Origin: Candidatus Fimivivens faecavium
GTDB taxonomy: Bacteria; Bacillota; Clostridia; Oscillospirales; Ruminococcaceae
DNA: 64,000 bases
Reading direction: 5' to 3'
Assembly (NCBI GenBank): GCA_018716105.1
Contig: DVKH01000012.1
Location: forward strand, 1,225-65,224
This document shows positions 44,643 to 54,755 of this stretch, piece after piece. The position numbers and the translations under genes are program-made. Position 1 is the first letter of the stretch, and each line of letters starts with the position of its first letter. The notes below the pieces were generated by a model, which worked only from the letters and a program-made list of their open reading frames with translations, made no database searches and was not told where the DNA came from.

Positions 44643-47066
44643 TCAGACCCCGCCGTCGTAATAAAAATCGATTTGAATTTTTGCCATGTTTTCTCTATCA
44701 TACCACTGATTGGCCCTCCAAAACAATTCCCTTGTGGCTTTATTGTTCCGGCACTTGACCAAAAGGCGGTAGCGATACCGCCCCGCCGCGCGGAACACAT
44801 TGCACTCGGCCGGGCCGAGCACCCGGATCGGGAGGTTTGGATAACTCTTCTTTGCGAGCTTTGTAAACCCATCCGCATACAATTTTGCGCTCGCGCGCGC
44901 CTTTTTTTCGCTTTCGTCGAGAAAGGTTGCGCAGGCGATGTCGCAGAACGGCGGGTAAAGCCCCACCCTCCGGTAGCCGATCTCCTCCCGGTAAAACGCC
45001 TCATAGTCCTGCTTGGCAGCGAGCGGAAGCACCCGGTTGTCGGGCGTAAAGGTCTGGATGACGGCGCGGCCGGGTTTTTCCGCGCGGCCGCAGCGCCCGA
45101 CCACCTGCGTAATCAGCGAGAAGGTCTTCTCATACCCGCGGAAGTCCTCGGTATAGAGCGACTGATCGGCCGAGAGCACCCCGACAAGCGTCACGTTCGG
45201 GAAATCAAGCCCCTTCGCGACCATCTGGGTCCCGATCATGATGTCGTAATCGCCCGCCGCGAACGCGCCAAACAGCTTCTGGTGCGAAAAGCGCGACATG
45301 GTCGTGTCGAGGTCCATCCGCAGGATCCGCGCCTCGGGGAACAGCGCGCGAAGCTCCTCCTCCGCCTTCTGGGTGCCGACCCCGGCATAGCGGAGCATCT
45401 CGCTCCCGCAGGCCGAGCAGGTTTTCTGCTCCGGCCCGGAATAGCCGCACCAGTGGCACATCAGCCGCCCGTTCGCCGCGTGGTAGGTCAGCGGGATCGA
45501 ACAGTTCGGGCAGCGCGCCGCCTCGCCGCACTTCGAGCATTTGAGCATGGTGTGGTAGCCCCGCCGGTTGAGGAGCAGGATCGACTGCTGCTTTTCCCTG
45601 AGATTCTGGGAAAGCTCTTCGGAAAGCTCCTCGCTGATCGCGGTCGAATAGGCCGCCAGCGGCGCCTCGCGCATGTCGACGACCTTCACCGGCGGCAGCT
45701 CCCCGCCCGAATAGCGTTCTTCGAGTGTAAAGAGGTGGAGCTTTCCAGCCTTCGCCTGATAAAAGCTCTCGACCGACGGGGTCGCCGAACAGAGCAGCAG
45801 CTGCGCCCCATGCCGTTTCGCGCGGATTTTCGCGATATCACGCGCGTGATAGCGCGGCGACGCCTCCGAATGATAGGTGTGCTCCTGTTCCTCATCGATC
45901 ACGATCAGCCCGATGTTCCCAAGCGGCGCGAAAACCGCCGAGCGGGTCCCGACGACGACGTCTGCCTTCCCCTCCCGGATTCTCCGCCATTCGCCGAGCC
46001 GTTCGGACATCGAAAGCGAAGAGTGGATCACCGCGACCCGGTCCCCGAACCGCGCGGTGAAGCGCGCGACCGTCTGGGGCGTGAGCGCGATTTCCGGCAC
46101 CATCACGATGGCGGTCCGCCCGCCCCTGACCGTCTCCTCCAGGAGCTTTAAAAACACCAGCGTCTTCCCGCTCCCGGTGACGCCGCGCAGGAGCGACGCC
46201 GCATAGCCCCCGGCGCGGGAAAGCGCGAGAAGCCCGCCGTAAACCTCCTGCTGGCGCGGGGTCAGGACGATCTCGCTCCGGTCAGTTGGGGGAAGCGTCT
46301 TCGCCCGGTCCCGCACCACCAGCTCTTCGAACAGCTCGACAAGGCCCATCTTCCGCATCCGGTCGACCACCGCGCGGGTCACCGCGCAGTAGTAGCCGAT
46401 TTCCCTGACCGATGCGCAGCCGACCTCCGAAAGCAGGCCGGCCACCGCCTTCTGTTTTTTGGTGAGCTTTTTGGGGAGTTCCTCCACACAGAGCCGGACC
46501 ATCACCGCCCGCTCGTCGGCGATCTTTTTCTTCACCAGCTCATTGCGGGTGGCAAGCCCCTTTTCGACCAGCTCCTGCGCAGCCGGATGCCCCGCGGGAA
46601 GCCCCGCCGCCTCGAGCGCCTTTTCCTCCGGCGCGATCGCCCGCCTTGTGAGCAGATGGCGATAGAGCGCGGCAGCTTCCGAAGTCAAAAGGAGCGGCGC
46701 GGGATCAACCCCCCGCACCGCCAAAAGCCCCTCGGTCACCTTCACCCCGGCGCCGGGCGGGATCAGCGCCCGGACGGCGTCGAACCAGCCGCAGAAGGTC
46801 GTCTCCCGAAGCGTCCGGATCAAAAACAGCCCCTCCTCGTCCGCAAGCGGCTCCCGGTCCACCGCCGAGAGAACCGCCTTCGCGCCGTGGGGGGCCTCCC
46901 CCTCGAACACCGAGAGCACAAATCCAAGCCGCTTCTGGTTGCCCTTCCCGAACGGCACCACCGCCCGCTGCCCGGCAGAGAGCGCCATCCCCTTCGGGAT
47001 CAGGTAGTCGTACTCCCGGTCGTAGGAGGGCGCGGCTTTGTCGAGAACCACGCGGGCAAGTTTCAT
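44643..47066 (-). CDS. priA: primosomal replication protein N' (PriA helicase)
   Basis: GVTGSGKT, DEEQ, zinc-binding CxxC repeats (CSKCGEAARCPNC...CHWCG...CSACGS). Confidence 0.9.
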   Translation of the reverse strand: MKLARVVLDKAAPSYDREYDYLIPKGMALSAGQRAVVPFGKGNQKRLGFVLSVFEGEAPHGAKAVLSAVDREPLADEEGLFLIRTLRETTFCGWFDAVRALIPPGAGVKVTEGLLAVRGVDPAPLLLTSEAAALYRHLLTRRAIAPEEKALEAAGLPAGHPAAQELVEKGLATRNELVKKKIADERAVMVRLCVEELPKKLTKKQKAVAGLLSEVGCASVREIGYYCAVTRAVVDRMRKMGLVELFEELVVRDRAKTLPPTDRSEIVLTPRQQEVYGGLLALSRAGGYAASLLRGVTGSGKTLVFLKLLEETVRGGRTAIVMVPEIALTPQTVARFTARFGDRVAVIHSSLSMSERLGEWRRIREGKADVVVGTRSAVFAPLGNIGLIVIDEEQEHTYHSEASPRYHARDIAKIRAKRHGAQLLLCSATPSVESFYQAKAGKLHLFTLEERYSGGELPPVKVVDMREAPLAAYSTAISEELSEELSQNLREKQQSILLLNRRGYHTMLKCSKCGEAARCPNCSIPLTYHAANGRLMCHWCGYSGPEQKTCSACGSEMLRYAGVGTQKAEEELRALFPEARILRMDLDTTMSRFSHQKLFGAFAAGDYDIMIGTQMVAKGLDFPNVTLVGVLSADQSLYTEDFRGYEKTFSLITQVVGRCGRAEKPGRAVIQTFTPDNRVLPLAAKQDYEAFYREEIGYRRVGLYPPFCDIACATFLDESEKKARASAKLYADGFTKLAKKSYPNLPIRVLGPAECNVFRAAGRYRYRLLVKCRNNKATRELFWRANQWYDRENMAKIQIDFYYDGGV

Positions 47067-47100
47067 CCGCTCCGCCTCCTGTGCATGCCGTTTGCCCGCC

Positions 47101-48288
47101 TCACCGCATCGCGAGCAGACGGTCAAAAATCCTCGCCGCAACCTCGCCCTTCGGGAGAAGCGGCAGCTCCTCGGCCCCCTCGCGGGTGAGCAGCGTCATG
47201 ACGTTGGTCTCGGTCCCAAAGCCCGCGCCCTCTGTCCGAAGGTTATTGGCGGCGATCAGGTCGCAGTGTTTCGCCGTCAGCTTCTTCGCCGAATTCTCGA
47301 CCAGGTCCCTGGTCTCCATCGAAAATCCGCAGAGAAGCTGTCCCGGCCGCTTTGTTTGGCCTAGTTCCTTTAAAATATCGGGGTTGCGCACCAGCGGAAG
47401 GGTCATTTCCCCGTCCGACTTTTTGATTTTGTCCGCGCTCACCGCCTCGGGGCGGTAGTCGGCGACCGCCGCCGCCATCACGGCGAGGTCGGCCTTCGCC
47501 GCGCGGGAAAGGACCGCCTCGCGCATCTCCAGCGCCGACCGCACCCGGACCACCTCGGCGCCCGCTGGAACGGGAATCGAAACCGGCCCGGTCACAAGCG
47601 TAACCCCGGCCCCGCGCGCGAGCGCGTTTTCCGCCATCGCATAGCCCATCTTCCCGGTCGAGTGGTTGGTCAGAAACCGGACCGGATCGAGCGATTCCTC
47701 GGTCGGTCCCGCCGTCACCAGAACCCGCAGGCCCTTCATGTCCTTCGGGGTCAGCAGCCGGCGGATCGCGGCGAGAATTTCCTCCGGCTCGGCCATCCGG
47801 CCTTTGCCGTCGTCGCCGCAGGCCAGGTGCCCGGTTTCGGCGTCAACAAAAGAAACACCCAGCTCCTTTAGCATCGCAAAGTTGCGCTGGGTGACGGGAT
47901 TATTGTACATTCCGGTGTTCATCGCGGGCGCGACGAGCTTTGGGCAGGACGCCGCAAGCAGCGTCGTGGTCAGCATGTCGTCCGCAAGGCCCATCGCCAT
48001 CTTTGCCAGGACGTTCGCGGTCGCGGGGGCGACGCAGAACAGATCGGCCCGTTTGGCGAGCGAAACATGCTGCACGTTCCACTGAAAATTCCGGTCAAAG
48101 GTGTCCACAGACACCCGGTTTGCGGTCAGCGTTTCAAAGGTGAGCGGCGCGATGAACTCGGTCGCGTGCCCGGTCATCAGGACATGAACCGCCGCGCCCT
48201 CCTTGACCAAAGCGCTGGCGAGCATCGCCGATTTATACGCGGCGATCCCTCCCGTCACCCCGAGCAGAATGGTCTTTCCGCTAAGCAT
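47101..48288 (-). CDS. coaBC: bifunctional phosphopantothenoylcysteine decarboxylase / phosphopantothenate-cysteine ligase
   Basis: ILLGVTGGIAAYK...PAMN..M and a C-terminal CoaB domain. Start trimmed to MLSGKT. Confidence 0.9.
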   Translation of the reverse strand: MLSGKTILLGVTGGIAAYKSAMLASALVKEGAAVHVLMTGHATEFIAPLTFETLTANRVSVDTFDRNFQWNVQHVSLAKRADLFCVAPATANVLAKMAMGLADDMLTTTLLAASCPKLVAPAMNTGMYNNPVTQRNFAMLKELGVSFVDAETGHLACGDDGKGRMAEPEEILAAIRRLLTPKDMKGLRVLVTAGPTEESLDPVRFLTNHSTGKMGYAMAENALARGAGVTLVTGPVSIPVPAGAEVVRVRSALEMREAVLSRAAKADLAVMAAAVADYRPEAVSADKIKKSDGEMTLPLVRNPDILKELGQTKRPGQLLCGFSMETRDLVENSAKKLTAKHCDLIAANNLRTEGAGFGTETNVMTLLTREGAEELPLLPKGEVAARIFDRLLAMR

Positions 48289-48308
48289 AACTTCCTCCGT
48301 CTTAAGTC

Positions 48309-48500
48309 CTACTCGCGCCGCAGCGCGCTCTTTCCCTCGGCAAATTCGTCTACGGCGAGTCTCACCGGTTTCTCCTCCAGGATGTCGTGTTCCTCTTCCG
48401 CTTCGTCCGCGATTTCTCGCGCGCGTTTCGCGACGGCGACCACAAAGGCGTAACACTCCTGCGGATTGTCCAGCATCTCGCTCATGGCGGGTCTCAGCAT
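48309..48500 (-). CDS. rpoZ: DNA-directed RNA polymerase subunit omega
   Basis: 63 aa; ...YAFVVAVAKRAREI... Confidence 0.85.
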   Translation of the reverse strand: MLRPAMSEMLDNPQECYAFVVAVAKRAREIADEAEEEHDILEEKPVRLAVDEFAEGKSALRRE

Positions 48501-49141
48501 AATTCCAGCACCTCTTCGATCAAATTTTCATGGAACCTTGTGACAAGCCTTCCCGCACGGATCGCGCAGAGAAGCCGGTCCCTCGCGTCTTCCAGATTGT
48601 CGTTGATGACGACAAAGTCGTATTCGTGAAACTGGCGGATCTCCTCGACGGCCACTTCGAGCCGCTTTTTGATCTGTTCCTCGCTCTCGGTGTGGCGGTT
48701 TATAAGCCTCTCCCTCAGTTCGTTGTAGGACGGCGGCATCACAAAGACCAGGACGGCGCTCGGGCAGGCTTTTTTCACCTGCATCGCGCCCTTCACCTCG
48801 ATCTCGAGGACCACGTTCCGCCCGAGGTCAAGCTGCTCCGAGACGAAGCGCCTCGGAGTCCCGTAGTAATTCCCGTTGTATTCGGCGTACTCCAGCATTT
48901 CGCCGTCCGCGATAAACCGCTCGAACTGCTCCCGTGTGACAAAATGATAATCGACCCCGTCGCGCTCCTCCGGACGGGGGGCGCGGGTGGTCGCGGAAAC
49001 CGACATGACGATGTCCCTGTGCTCGGCGACCAGCGGGCGCAGAAGCGTCCCCTTCCCCACGCCGGACGGCCCGGAATAGACGATAAGCTGGCCGCGCGGT
49101 TTTTGCGGGCGCCATGCGTTTTGTTCCGGCTGATTACTCAT
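48494..49141 (-). CDS. gmk: guanylate kinase
   Basis: [10 protein letters not shown]...TTR.PR..E..G.DY.FV. Confidence 0.9.
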   Translation of the reverse strand: MSNQPEQNAWRPQKPRGQLIVYSGPSGVGKGTLLRPLVAEHRDIVMSVSATTRAPRPEERDGVDYHFVTREQFERFIADGEMLEYAEYNGNYYGTPRRFVSEQLDLGRNVVLEIEVKGAMQVKKACPSAVLVFVMPPSYNELRERLINRHTESEEQIKKRLEVAVEEIRQFHEYDFVVINDNLEDARDRLLCAIRAGRLVTRFHENLIEEVLELC

Positions 49142-49400
49142 CTTCCTCGATCTCCTCCTCGTCATCGTCGTCGGCGAGACGGTTCGCAACCGTTTCGGGC
49201 TGCACGGCCGAAAGAATGACATGGTCGGAATCGGTGATGATGACGGCGCGGGTGCGCCGCCCATAGGTCGCGTCGATCAGCGCGCCCCGGTCCCTCGCAT
49301 CCTGGATGATCCGTTTGATCGGCGCCGACTCGGGGCTGACAATCGCGACGAGCTTGTTGGCGGAAACCATGTTCCCGAACCCGATATTGATAAGCTTCAT
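49134..49400 (-). CDS. remA: DUF370/RemA-family protein
   Basis: [64 protein letters not shown]. Confidence 0.85.
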   Translation of the reverse strand: MKLINIGFGNMVSANKLVAIVSPESAPIKRIIQDARDRGALIDATYGRRTRAVIITDSDHVILSAVQPETVANRLADDDDEEEIEEDE

Positions 49401-49424
49401 CTCGGTTTCTCCGTTTCTTTGATC

Positions 49425-50300
49425 CTATTCGATGTTTTGAATCTGTTCCCGGATCTTTTCGATCTCGCTCTTGATCTCGACGACCGCGCGCGCCACGGCA
49501 AGATCCTGCGCCTTCGAGCCGATGGTGTTCGCCTCGCGGTTAAGCTCCTGCGTGAGGAAATCAAGTTTGCGCCCGACCGCGCCGCCCGTGGAGAGGATCT
49601 CGCGGTACTGCGCGATGTGGCTGCGGAGCCGGACCGTCTCCTCGGCGACGGCGATCCGCTCGGCGAAGACCGCCGCCTCGGTCAGGACCCGCCCCTCGTC
49701 CACGCTCCGGTCGGCGAGCACGTCGCTGAGCTTCTGATAGAGCTTCGCCCGGTAATCTTCGACCGTCTTCGGCGACTGCTCCTCCACCATCGCGGTCAGC
49801 CGTTCGACCGCTTCCAGCCGCGAAAGGACGTCGTCCTTCATCCTGCCGCCCTCGGCCGCGCGCATCGCCACAAACCGCTCGGCCGCCTCCCCGGCGACCT
49901 CGGCCACCGCATTCCAGACCTCGTCCTCGTCCGCCTCGTTTTTCTCGACTGTAAACAGATCGGAAAACCGAACAAGGGTTGAAAGCCGGATGTCGTCTTC
50001 GAGTCCCGTTTCCGTCTGGAGATCCCGGAGCGCGGCGAGATAGGACGACGCGAGGGCGCGGTTCACCTTCACCGTTCCCGCTTCCTCATCAGAAACGATG
50101 CCCACATAGCAGTCGATTTTCCCGCGGGAGACCCGCTGCTGGACGAAGCTTTTGAGCTTCTCCTCAAGAAAGCCGAAACTCCGCGGGACCCGGCAGGAGA
50201 ATTCGAAGTACCGGTGGTTGACCGATTTAAGTTCCACCGTGATGTCCCGGCTTCCGATCAGTTTCTGCGCCCGGCCGTAGCCGGTCATGCTTTTCACCAT
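49425..50300 (-). CDS. yicC: YicC/YloC-family endoribonuclease
   Basis: MTGYGRA...ELKSVNHRY...C-terminal EANTIGSKA...VE.K.E.EKIREQIQNIE. Confidence 0.85.
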   Translation of the reverse strand: MVKSMTGYGRAQKLIGSRDITVELKSVNHRYFEFSCRVPRSFGFLEEKLKSFVQQRVSRGKIDCYVGIVSDEEAGTVKVNRALASSYLAALRDLQTETGLEDDIRLSTLVRFSDLFTVEKNEADEDEVWNAVAEVAGEAAERFVAMRAAEGGRMKDDVLSRLEAVERLTAMVEEQSPKTVEDYRAKLYQKLSDVLADRSVDEGRVLTEAAVFAERIAVAEETVRLRSHIAQYREILSTGGAVGRKLDFLTQELNREANTIGSKAQDLAVARAVVEIKSEIEKIREQIQNIE

Positions 50301-50455
50301 TTGGGCCTTCCCCTTTCAGGAGGCGCGGCCGTGCCGGCCGCCGGAACAGAGATTTTCAGCGTCCGGCCCTGTTTTCCGGCCAAGCTCTGAAAATCTCTGT
50401 TTTTCTCCCATTTTGCATGGATTTCTTTTTATCATACCCCGCCCGGCGGTGTTTG

Positions 50456-50794
50456 TCAACCGCGGCAGGTGCGGCTGAAAAACGCCTCGAGCCGCCCCTC
50501 CTTTGGGATGCCGATTTCCAAAAGCCGCTCCCTCAGGGCCGCTGCCATCGCCGGGGAGAAGCCGAACTGGCCGTACCCCCGCTGCCAGGCGGCGGAGAAT
50601 CCGGCCCGGACCAAACCATCCAGAATGCCGAGATCCTGATAATATGCGTCCTCAATATAAACGGCATGGTCACGCAGGGTGAAAACGCAAAGGCCCTGCC
50701 TTTTTCCGCCGGAAACCGCTTCAAAGGCGATCGCGTTCCCATTGACCTTCCGATGGATCAATTGGGCAGGGCTTGTTTCCCGAATCAAAAGCAT
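50456..50794 (-). CDS. hypothetical protein (about 112 aa)
   Basis: MLLIRETSPAQL... has protein-like composition, unlike the Arg/Pro-rich upstream extension. No family recognised. Confidence 0.35.
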   Translation of the reverse strand: MLLIRETSPAQLIHRKVNGNAIAFEAVSGGKRQGLCVFTLRDHAVYIEDAYYQDLGILDGLVRAGFSAAWQRGYGQFGFSPAMAAALRERLLEIGIPKEGRLEAFFSRTCRG

Positions 50795-50834
50795 CGCTTG
50801 GCGGCTCCTCGCTTTCGTTGGTTTTGAGGCGGCG

Positions 50835-51683
50835 TCAGGCCCGCCCGTCCTTTTTGGGGGCGCGTCCCGCCGCGCGCCGCGGCGGCCTTGAGGCCGCGGG
50901 CTTTGCGCCGCCCATCCCGCCGCTCCGGCGGACGGGCTTCTTCGCGCCCGCCGGCGTCTCACGGACCGAAACCGCGTTTCGGATCGCGCCGATCTCCTGC
51001 GGGGTCAGCTCCCGCCATTTGCCGGGCGCCAGCATCCCGAGCTTCACCGGGCCGATCGACGTGCGGCGGAGCCGCGCGACCTCAAGCCCGACCGCCTCGC
51101 ACATCCTTCTGATCTGCCGGTTTTTCCCCTCATAGATGGTAATCCTCAGGACCGTCCTTTCCGGCCCATTCACCTCAACCTGCACTTGGGCGGGCTGGGT
51201 CTGGGCGCCATCGTCGAGGGTCACCCCGGCCGACAGCCGGACGATCTGATCCTCGGTCACGCCGGAGCGTACCGTCACCCGATAGGTTTTTGAGATATGG
51301 TGCGAGGGGTGCATGATGAAATTTGCAAACTCGCCGTCGTTGGTCATCAGCAGAAGGCCCTCGCTGTCCCGGTCGAGCCTTCCGACCGGAAACACCCGCT
51401 GCCCCACGTCTTCCACCAGCGAAGCGACGCAGCGCCGGCCCAGCTCGTCCGAAAGAGTCGTTACATAGCCCCGGGGCTTGTGAAGCGCAAGATAGAGCTT
51501 CTTCGCCTTTTTTGGGACCTCAATGCGCTCGCCGCCGACATGGATCACGTCGCGGCCGGGCCGCACGTCCTGTCCGATCACGGCCCGGCGCCCGTTGACG
51601 GTGACCTTTCCGCTTCTCACCAGTTCTTCCGACGCGCGCAGCGACGCAATCCCCAGCTGCGAGAGGAGTTTATGGATTCTCAT
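50835..51683 (-). CDS. rluB: pseudouridine synthase, RluB/RsuA family, with a basic C-terminal tail
   Basis: S4 domain (RIHKLLSQLGIASLRASEELVRSGKVTVNG), VFPVGRLDRDSEGLLL, YEGKNRQIRRM. Confidence 0.85.
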   Translation of the reverse strand: MRIHKLLSQLGIASLRASEELVRSGKVTVNGRRAVIGQDVRPGRDVIHVGGERIEVPKKAKKLYLALHKPRGYVTTLSDELGRRCVASLVEDVGQRVFPVGRLDRDSEGLLLMTNDGEFANFIMHPSHHISKTYRVTVRSGVTEDQIVRLSAGVTLDDGAQTQPAQVQVEVNGPERTVLRITIYEGKNRQIRRMCEAVGLEVARLRRTSIGPVKLGMLAPGKWRELTPQEIGAIRNAVSVRETPAGAKKPVRRSGGMGGAKPAASRPPRRAAGRAPKKDGRA

Positions 51684-52866
51684 ATGGTATCTCCCTTGTC
51701 GGCCCATTGAGGGGGAACCAGTGGTCCTCCGGATGGGCAAAAAAGTATTCGACCTGTTCGAGGATGCTCCGGTTGTCTACAAACCGGCTGGGAACGCGCT
51801 GATCCGAAACGAGCGGGGAACGGCCGAGCACCTCGTCGCCGAGGGTGAGGACCGCCTCCCCCACGACCTGCCCTTCCTCGACCGGCGCGTAAAGGAACGG
51901 TTTGACCGTCAGCCCAAGCTGGTAATGGGTCTTTTCCTCCTCGGTCAGATAGGCGCCGAGCTGCCAGAGGGGTTTGACCGGGACGCGGTCAAGCGTCCCG
52001 CCCGCCACCGGCACGGAAAGATTCGCGACCGTCTTCGAACAGTCCACAAACGAAAGTTTTGCAAAGCATTTGTCCACGATCTCATGGTGGACGTTAAAAT
52101 CATCGGGACAGCCCAGGGTCACGACGATCACGGTCAGCCCGTCGCGGCTCGCCGCCGAAACAAGGCAGCGCCCCGCCTTTTTGGTAAAGCCCGTCTTGAG
52201 CCCGATGCAGTCCTCGCAGTTCCAGAGAAGCTTGTTGTGGTTGGTCAGCCGCCGCTGGTAGGGCGGGTTCCCAAAGGAAACGGTTCCGGTTTTGGACGAG
52301 ACGATTTTGGCGAACTCCTCATTCAAGAGCGCTTCCCTCGCCAGAAGCGCCATATCATAGGCCGTCGAATGGTGATCCCCGACATCAAGCCCCGAAACCG
52401 AACAGAAATGGGTGTCCTTCATCCCGATCTCTTCGGCCCGTTGGTTCATCATCTCCAGGAATTTTTCCTGGCTTCCCGCGATGCGCTTGGCCGCCGCCCC
52501 CGCGGCGTCATTTCCGGAGGCCAGGAGCATCCCCCAGGCGAGCGCGCGCAGCGACACCTGGTCCCCCTCCTGGAGGCCCATCGACGACCCCTCCACCCGG
52601 ATCGCGTCGGAATCGACGACGAAATACTCGTCGAGGTCCGGCTGCTCAAGGGTGATCAGCGCAGTCATGATCTTGGTAGTGCTCGCCATCGGAAGCGGCT
52701 CGTGACAGTCCTTTTCATATAACACCCGCCCGGTTGCGGCGTCCATCAGGACGGCGCCCTTAGCGGGATCGGCAAAAGCGAGCGGGTCGGCGGAATCCTC
52801 TGCAAACGCCGCCGAAGGGACGAAGAAGAAAACGGCGGCCAACAGAAGCGAAACGGCTTTTTTCAT
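51670..52866 (-). CDS. dacB: D-alanyl-D-alanine carboxypeptidase (PBP5/DacB-like)
   Basis: Signal peptide, SxxK (ASTTKIMT), SGND, KTG (LKTGFT). Confidence 0.85.
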   Translation of the reverse strand: MKKAVSLLLAAVFFFVPSAAFAEDSADPLAFADPAKGAVLMDAATGRVLYEKDCHEPLPMASTTKIMTALITLEQPDLDEYFVVDSDAIRVEGSSMGLQEGDQVSLRALAWGMLLASGNDAAGAAAKRIAGSQEKFLEMMNQRAEEIGMKDTHFCSVSGLDVGDHHSTAYDMALLAREALLNEEFAKIVSSKTGTVSFGNPPYQRRLTNHNKLLWNCEDCIGLKTGFTKKAGRCLVSAASRDGLTVIVVTLGCPDDFNVHHEIVDKCFAKLSFVDCSKTVANLSVPVAGGTLDRVPVKPLWQLGAYLTEEEKTHYQLGLTVKPFLYAPVEEGQVVGEAVLTLGDEVLGRSPLVSDQRVPSRFVDNRSILEQVEYFFAHPEDHWFPLNGPTREIPYENP

Positions 52867-52979
52867 TTCAGACGAGCACCTGCCTTTCAGCTTATCCTAT
52901 GCTCGGCTGAACGGGAAAATAACAGCAGAGGCCGCCGGGTCCGCCGGAAAAGCGCCCCGCGAAAGGCGGCGTTACGGTG

Positions 52980-53381
52980 CTAAATTCCGGTTTTCTCTTC
53001 CGCGTCCTTCTGGGGCTTTTTCTTTACAAGGCCCGAGACCTGATCGATCACCCCGGGAATCATGTTGACAACCCGGTCCGCGGTGTTGTCTGCGGTCTGC
53101 ATCTGAAGCAGCTCGACCTTCCCGTTCGAGATCACAAGAAAGCAGATCGGCTGGATGGTGACCCCGCCGCCGGTGCCGCCGCCGAACGGATTGGCCGGCT
53201 TGGAGGAGGGGATCTCCCCGCCGCCGCCCGCGAAGCCGAAGCTCACCTTGGAAACCGGAATGATCACCGTGCCGTCCGCAGAGTGGATCGCTTCGCCGAT
53301 GATGGTGTTTACGTCGACCAGCTTTTTGAGGTTTTCCAGCGAGGTCCCGAGCAGCTCGTTCACCGGGTTTTTGTTTTCCAT
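52980..53381 (-). CDS. ytfJ: sporulation protein YtfJ (GerW family)
   Basis: ...LVDVNTIIGEAIHSADGTVIIPVSKVSFGFAGGGGE...GGGTGGGVTIQPICFLVI. Confidence 0.8.
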   Translation of the reverse strand: MENKNPVNELLGTSLENLKKLVDVNTIIGEAIHSADGTVIIPVSKVSFGFAGGGGEIPSSKPANPFGGGTGGGVTIQPICFLVISNGKVELLQMQTADNTADRVVNMIPGVIDQVSGLVKKKPQKDAEEKTGI

Positions 53382-53439
53382 ATACGTTTCTACCGTCCTT
53401 TCGCATGCGCCGTCCCAACTGGCGGCGCGCCTTTCCGAT

Positions 53440-54129
53440 TTAGGCCCCGTTTCCCGCCTGAGCGAGATCCGGCTGACCGGGTTCCGGCTTTTCTTTTTTC
53501 CGTCCCGTTTTCTTCGCGGCGGACCCAAGTCCCTTTACGGCGGTCCAGAGGACCCAGAACCCGATGCTCAAAAGCGAAGCCAGAACGGTGGCCGGAAGGA
53601 TTTTCACCGTCACCGAATACCGGTATTCGTCCCGTCTGGCTGTAAAATCCGGCGCGATCCAAATCCGCTTCGCCCTGATCTTCAAAAAGTTTTGGAGCAG
53701 CGCCAGCGCCCCATACACCCGCGCGTTCATTTTCCCAAATTCGATCGCCGTCTCGGCGGCGTCGCCGCGCCCGACGGTCACGTCCAGCGTCAGCTGCGCG
53801 AAGGTTGTCCCGCGCACCAGGCGCCGGACCGGCCGCCAAAGACGCGGCAGCAGGGTCTGCAAAAGCTCCAGCCCTTCTTTTGCTGAAACCGGCGGCGCTT
53901 TTTTCCGCGCGGCCTTTTCCGCCGCCTTCTTCTCTTTTTTGTTTTTGGGTTCTTTTGCCGGTTCCTCTCTTCCCCCCTCCGGCAGGGGATAGAGCCTGAT
54001 CCGGAAAAACAGATAATGAAGCCGGACCCCAAAAGCGCCTTTGTTCTCAATGCGGACCGAAACCGGCGCCAGGAGCAGCGCCGCCAGAACGGCGGGAATC
54101 ACCCAGAAAACGGTCAAGCCGATGCCCAT
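53440..54129 (-). CDS. ytfI: DUF2953 (YtfI-like) sporulation-associated membrane protein
   Basis: N-terminal TM segment, ...LHYLFFRIRLYP..., a Lys-rich linker, and gene order next to ytfJ. Confidence 0.7.
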   Translation of the reverse strand: MGIGLTVFWVIPAVLAALLLAPVSVRIENKGAFGVRLHYLFFRIRLYPLPEGGREEPAKEPKNKKEKKAAEKAARKKAPPVSAKEGLELLQTLLPRLWRPVRRLVRGTTFAQLTLDVTVGRGDAAETAIEFGKMNARVYGALALLQNFLKIRAKRIWIAPDFTARRDEYRYSVTVKILPATVLASLLSIGFWVLWTAVKGLGSAAKKTGRKKEKPEPGQPDLAQAGNGA

Positions 54130-54176
54130 CCTTTCGCGTGCGCCGGAGGGCCGGTCCGGCTCGCATTTTTTGATCT

Positions 54177-54755
54177 TCAGGAAAGCGCCGAATCAAATCC
54201 GATCTGGTCCTCGAGCACATCCCCGTCCTCCTCCAGCCCTTGGGCCGCAGCCGGCATCAGCGCCGGCGGAAGTTCGTCGAGCGTGGACAGGCCAAAGGTC
54301 CTGAGAAAATGCTCGGTCGTCTGATAGCAGATCGGGCGGCCGGGCAGTTCGAGCCGCCCCGCCTCCTCGAGGAGGCCCTTTTCTGTGAGCGCCGCGACAA
54401 TCGAACTCGAGTCCACCCCGCGCACCTGCTCGATATAAGCGCGGGTCACCGGCTGGTTATAGGCGACAACCGCCAGAACCTCGAGCGCCGCCTGCGAGAG
54501 CGGGACGTTCCGCCGCTCGTTGAGCGCCGTCCGGATGACGGCGGCGTGGCAGGGGCGGGTCGACAGCTGATATTTCCCGTCCAGCCTCAGCAGCTGGAAC
54601 GGGCTCTCCTCTTCTTCCAGGAGGTCGCGCAGATGGTCGAGCAGCCGCCGCACCGTCTCCGCGTCGTGGCCGACGGCCAAAGCGATCCTTTCCGGCGCGA
54701 CCGGCTCGCCAACCGCAAACAGGATCGCCATCATGGCCTTTTGTACCTCGCTCAT
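54177..54755 (-). CDS. scpB: segregation and condensation protein B
   Basis: ...ILFAVGEPV...LSQAALEVLAVVAYNQPVTRAYIEQVRGVDS... Confidence 0.9.
   Translation of the reverse strand: MSEVQKAMMAILFAVGEPVAPERIALAVGHDAETVRRLLDHLRDLLEEEESPFQLLRLDGKYQLSTRPCHAAVIRTALNERRNVPLSQAALEVLAVVAYNQPVTRAYIEQVRGVDSSSIVAALTEKGLLEEAGRLELPGRPICYQTTEHFLRTFGLSTLDELPPALMPAAAQGLEEDGDVLEDQIGFDSALS

Noticed and set aside
44673-46151. 492-aa plus-strand ORF opposite priA. The same pattern is seen at 59444-60949 opposite fabF, 56697-57977 opposite gpsA and 10546-11700 opposite leuB.
   Set aside because: All are antisense to genes with strong family motifs and have Arg/Pro/Gly-rich composition. They are treated as GC-driven artefacts.
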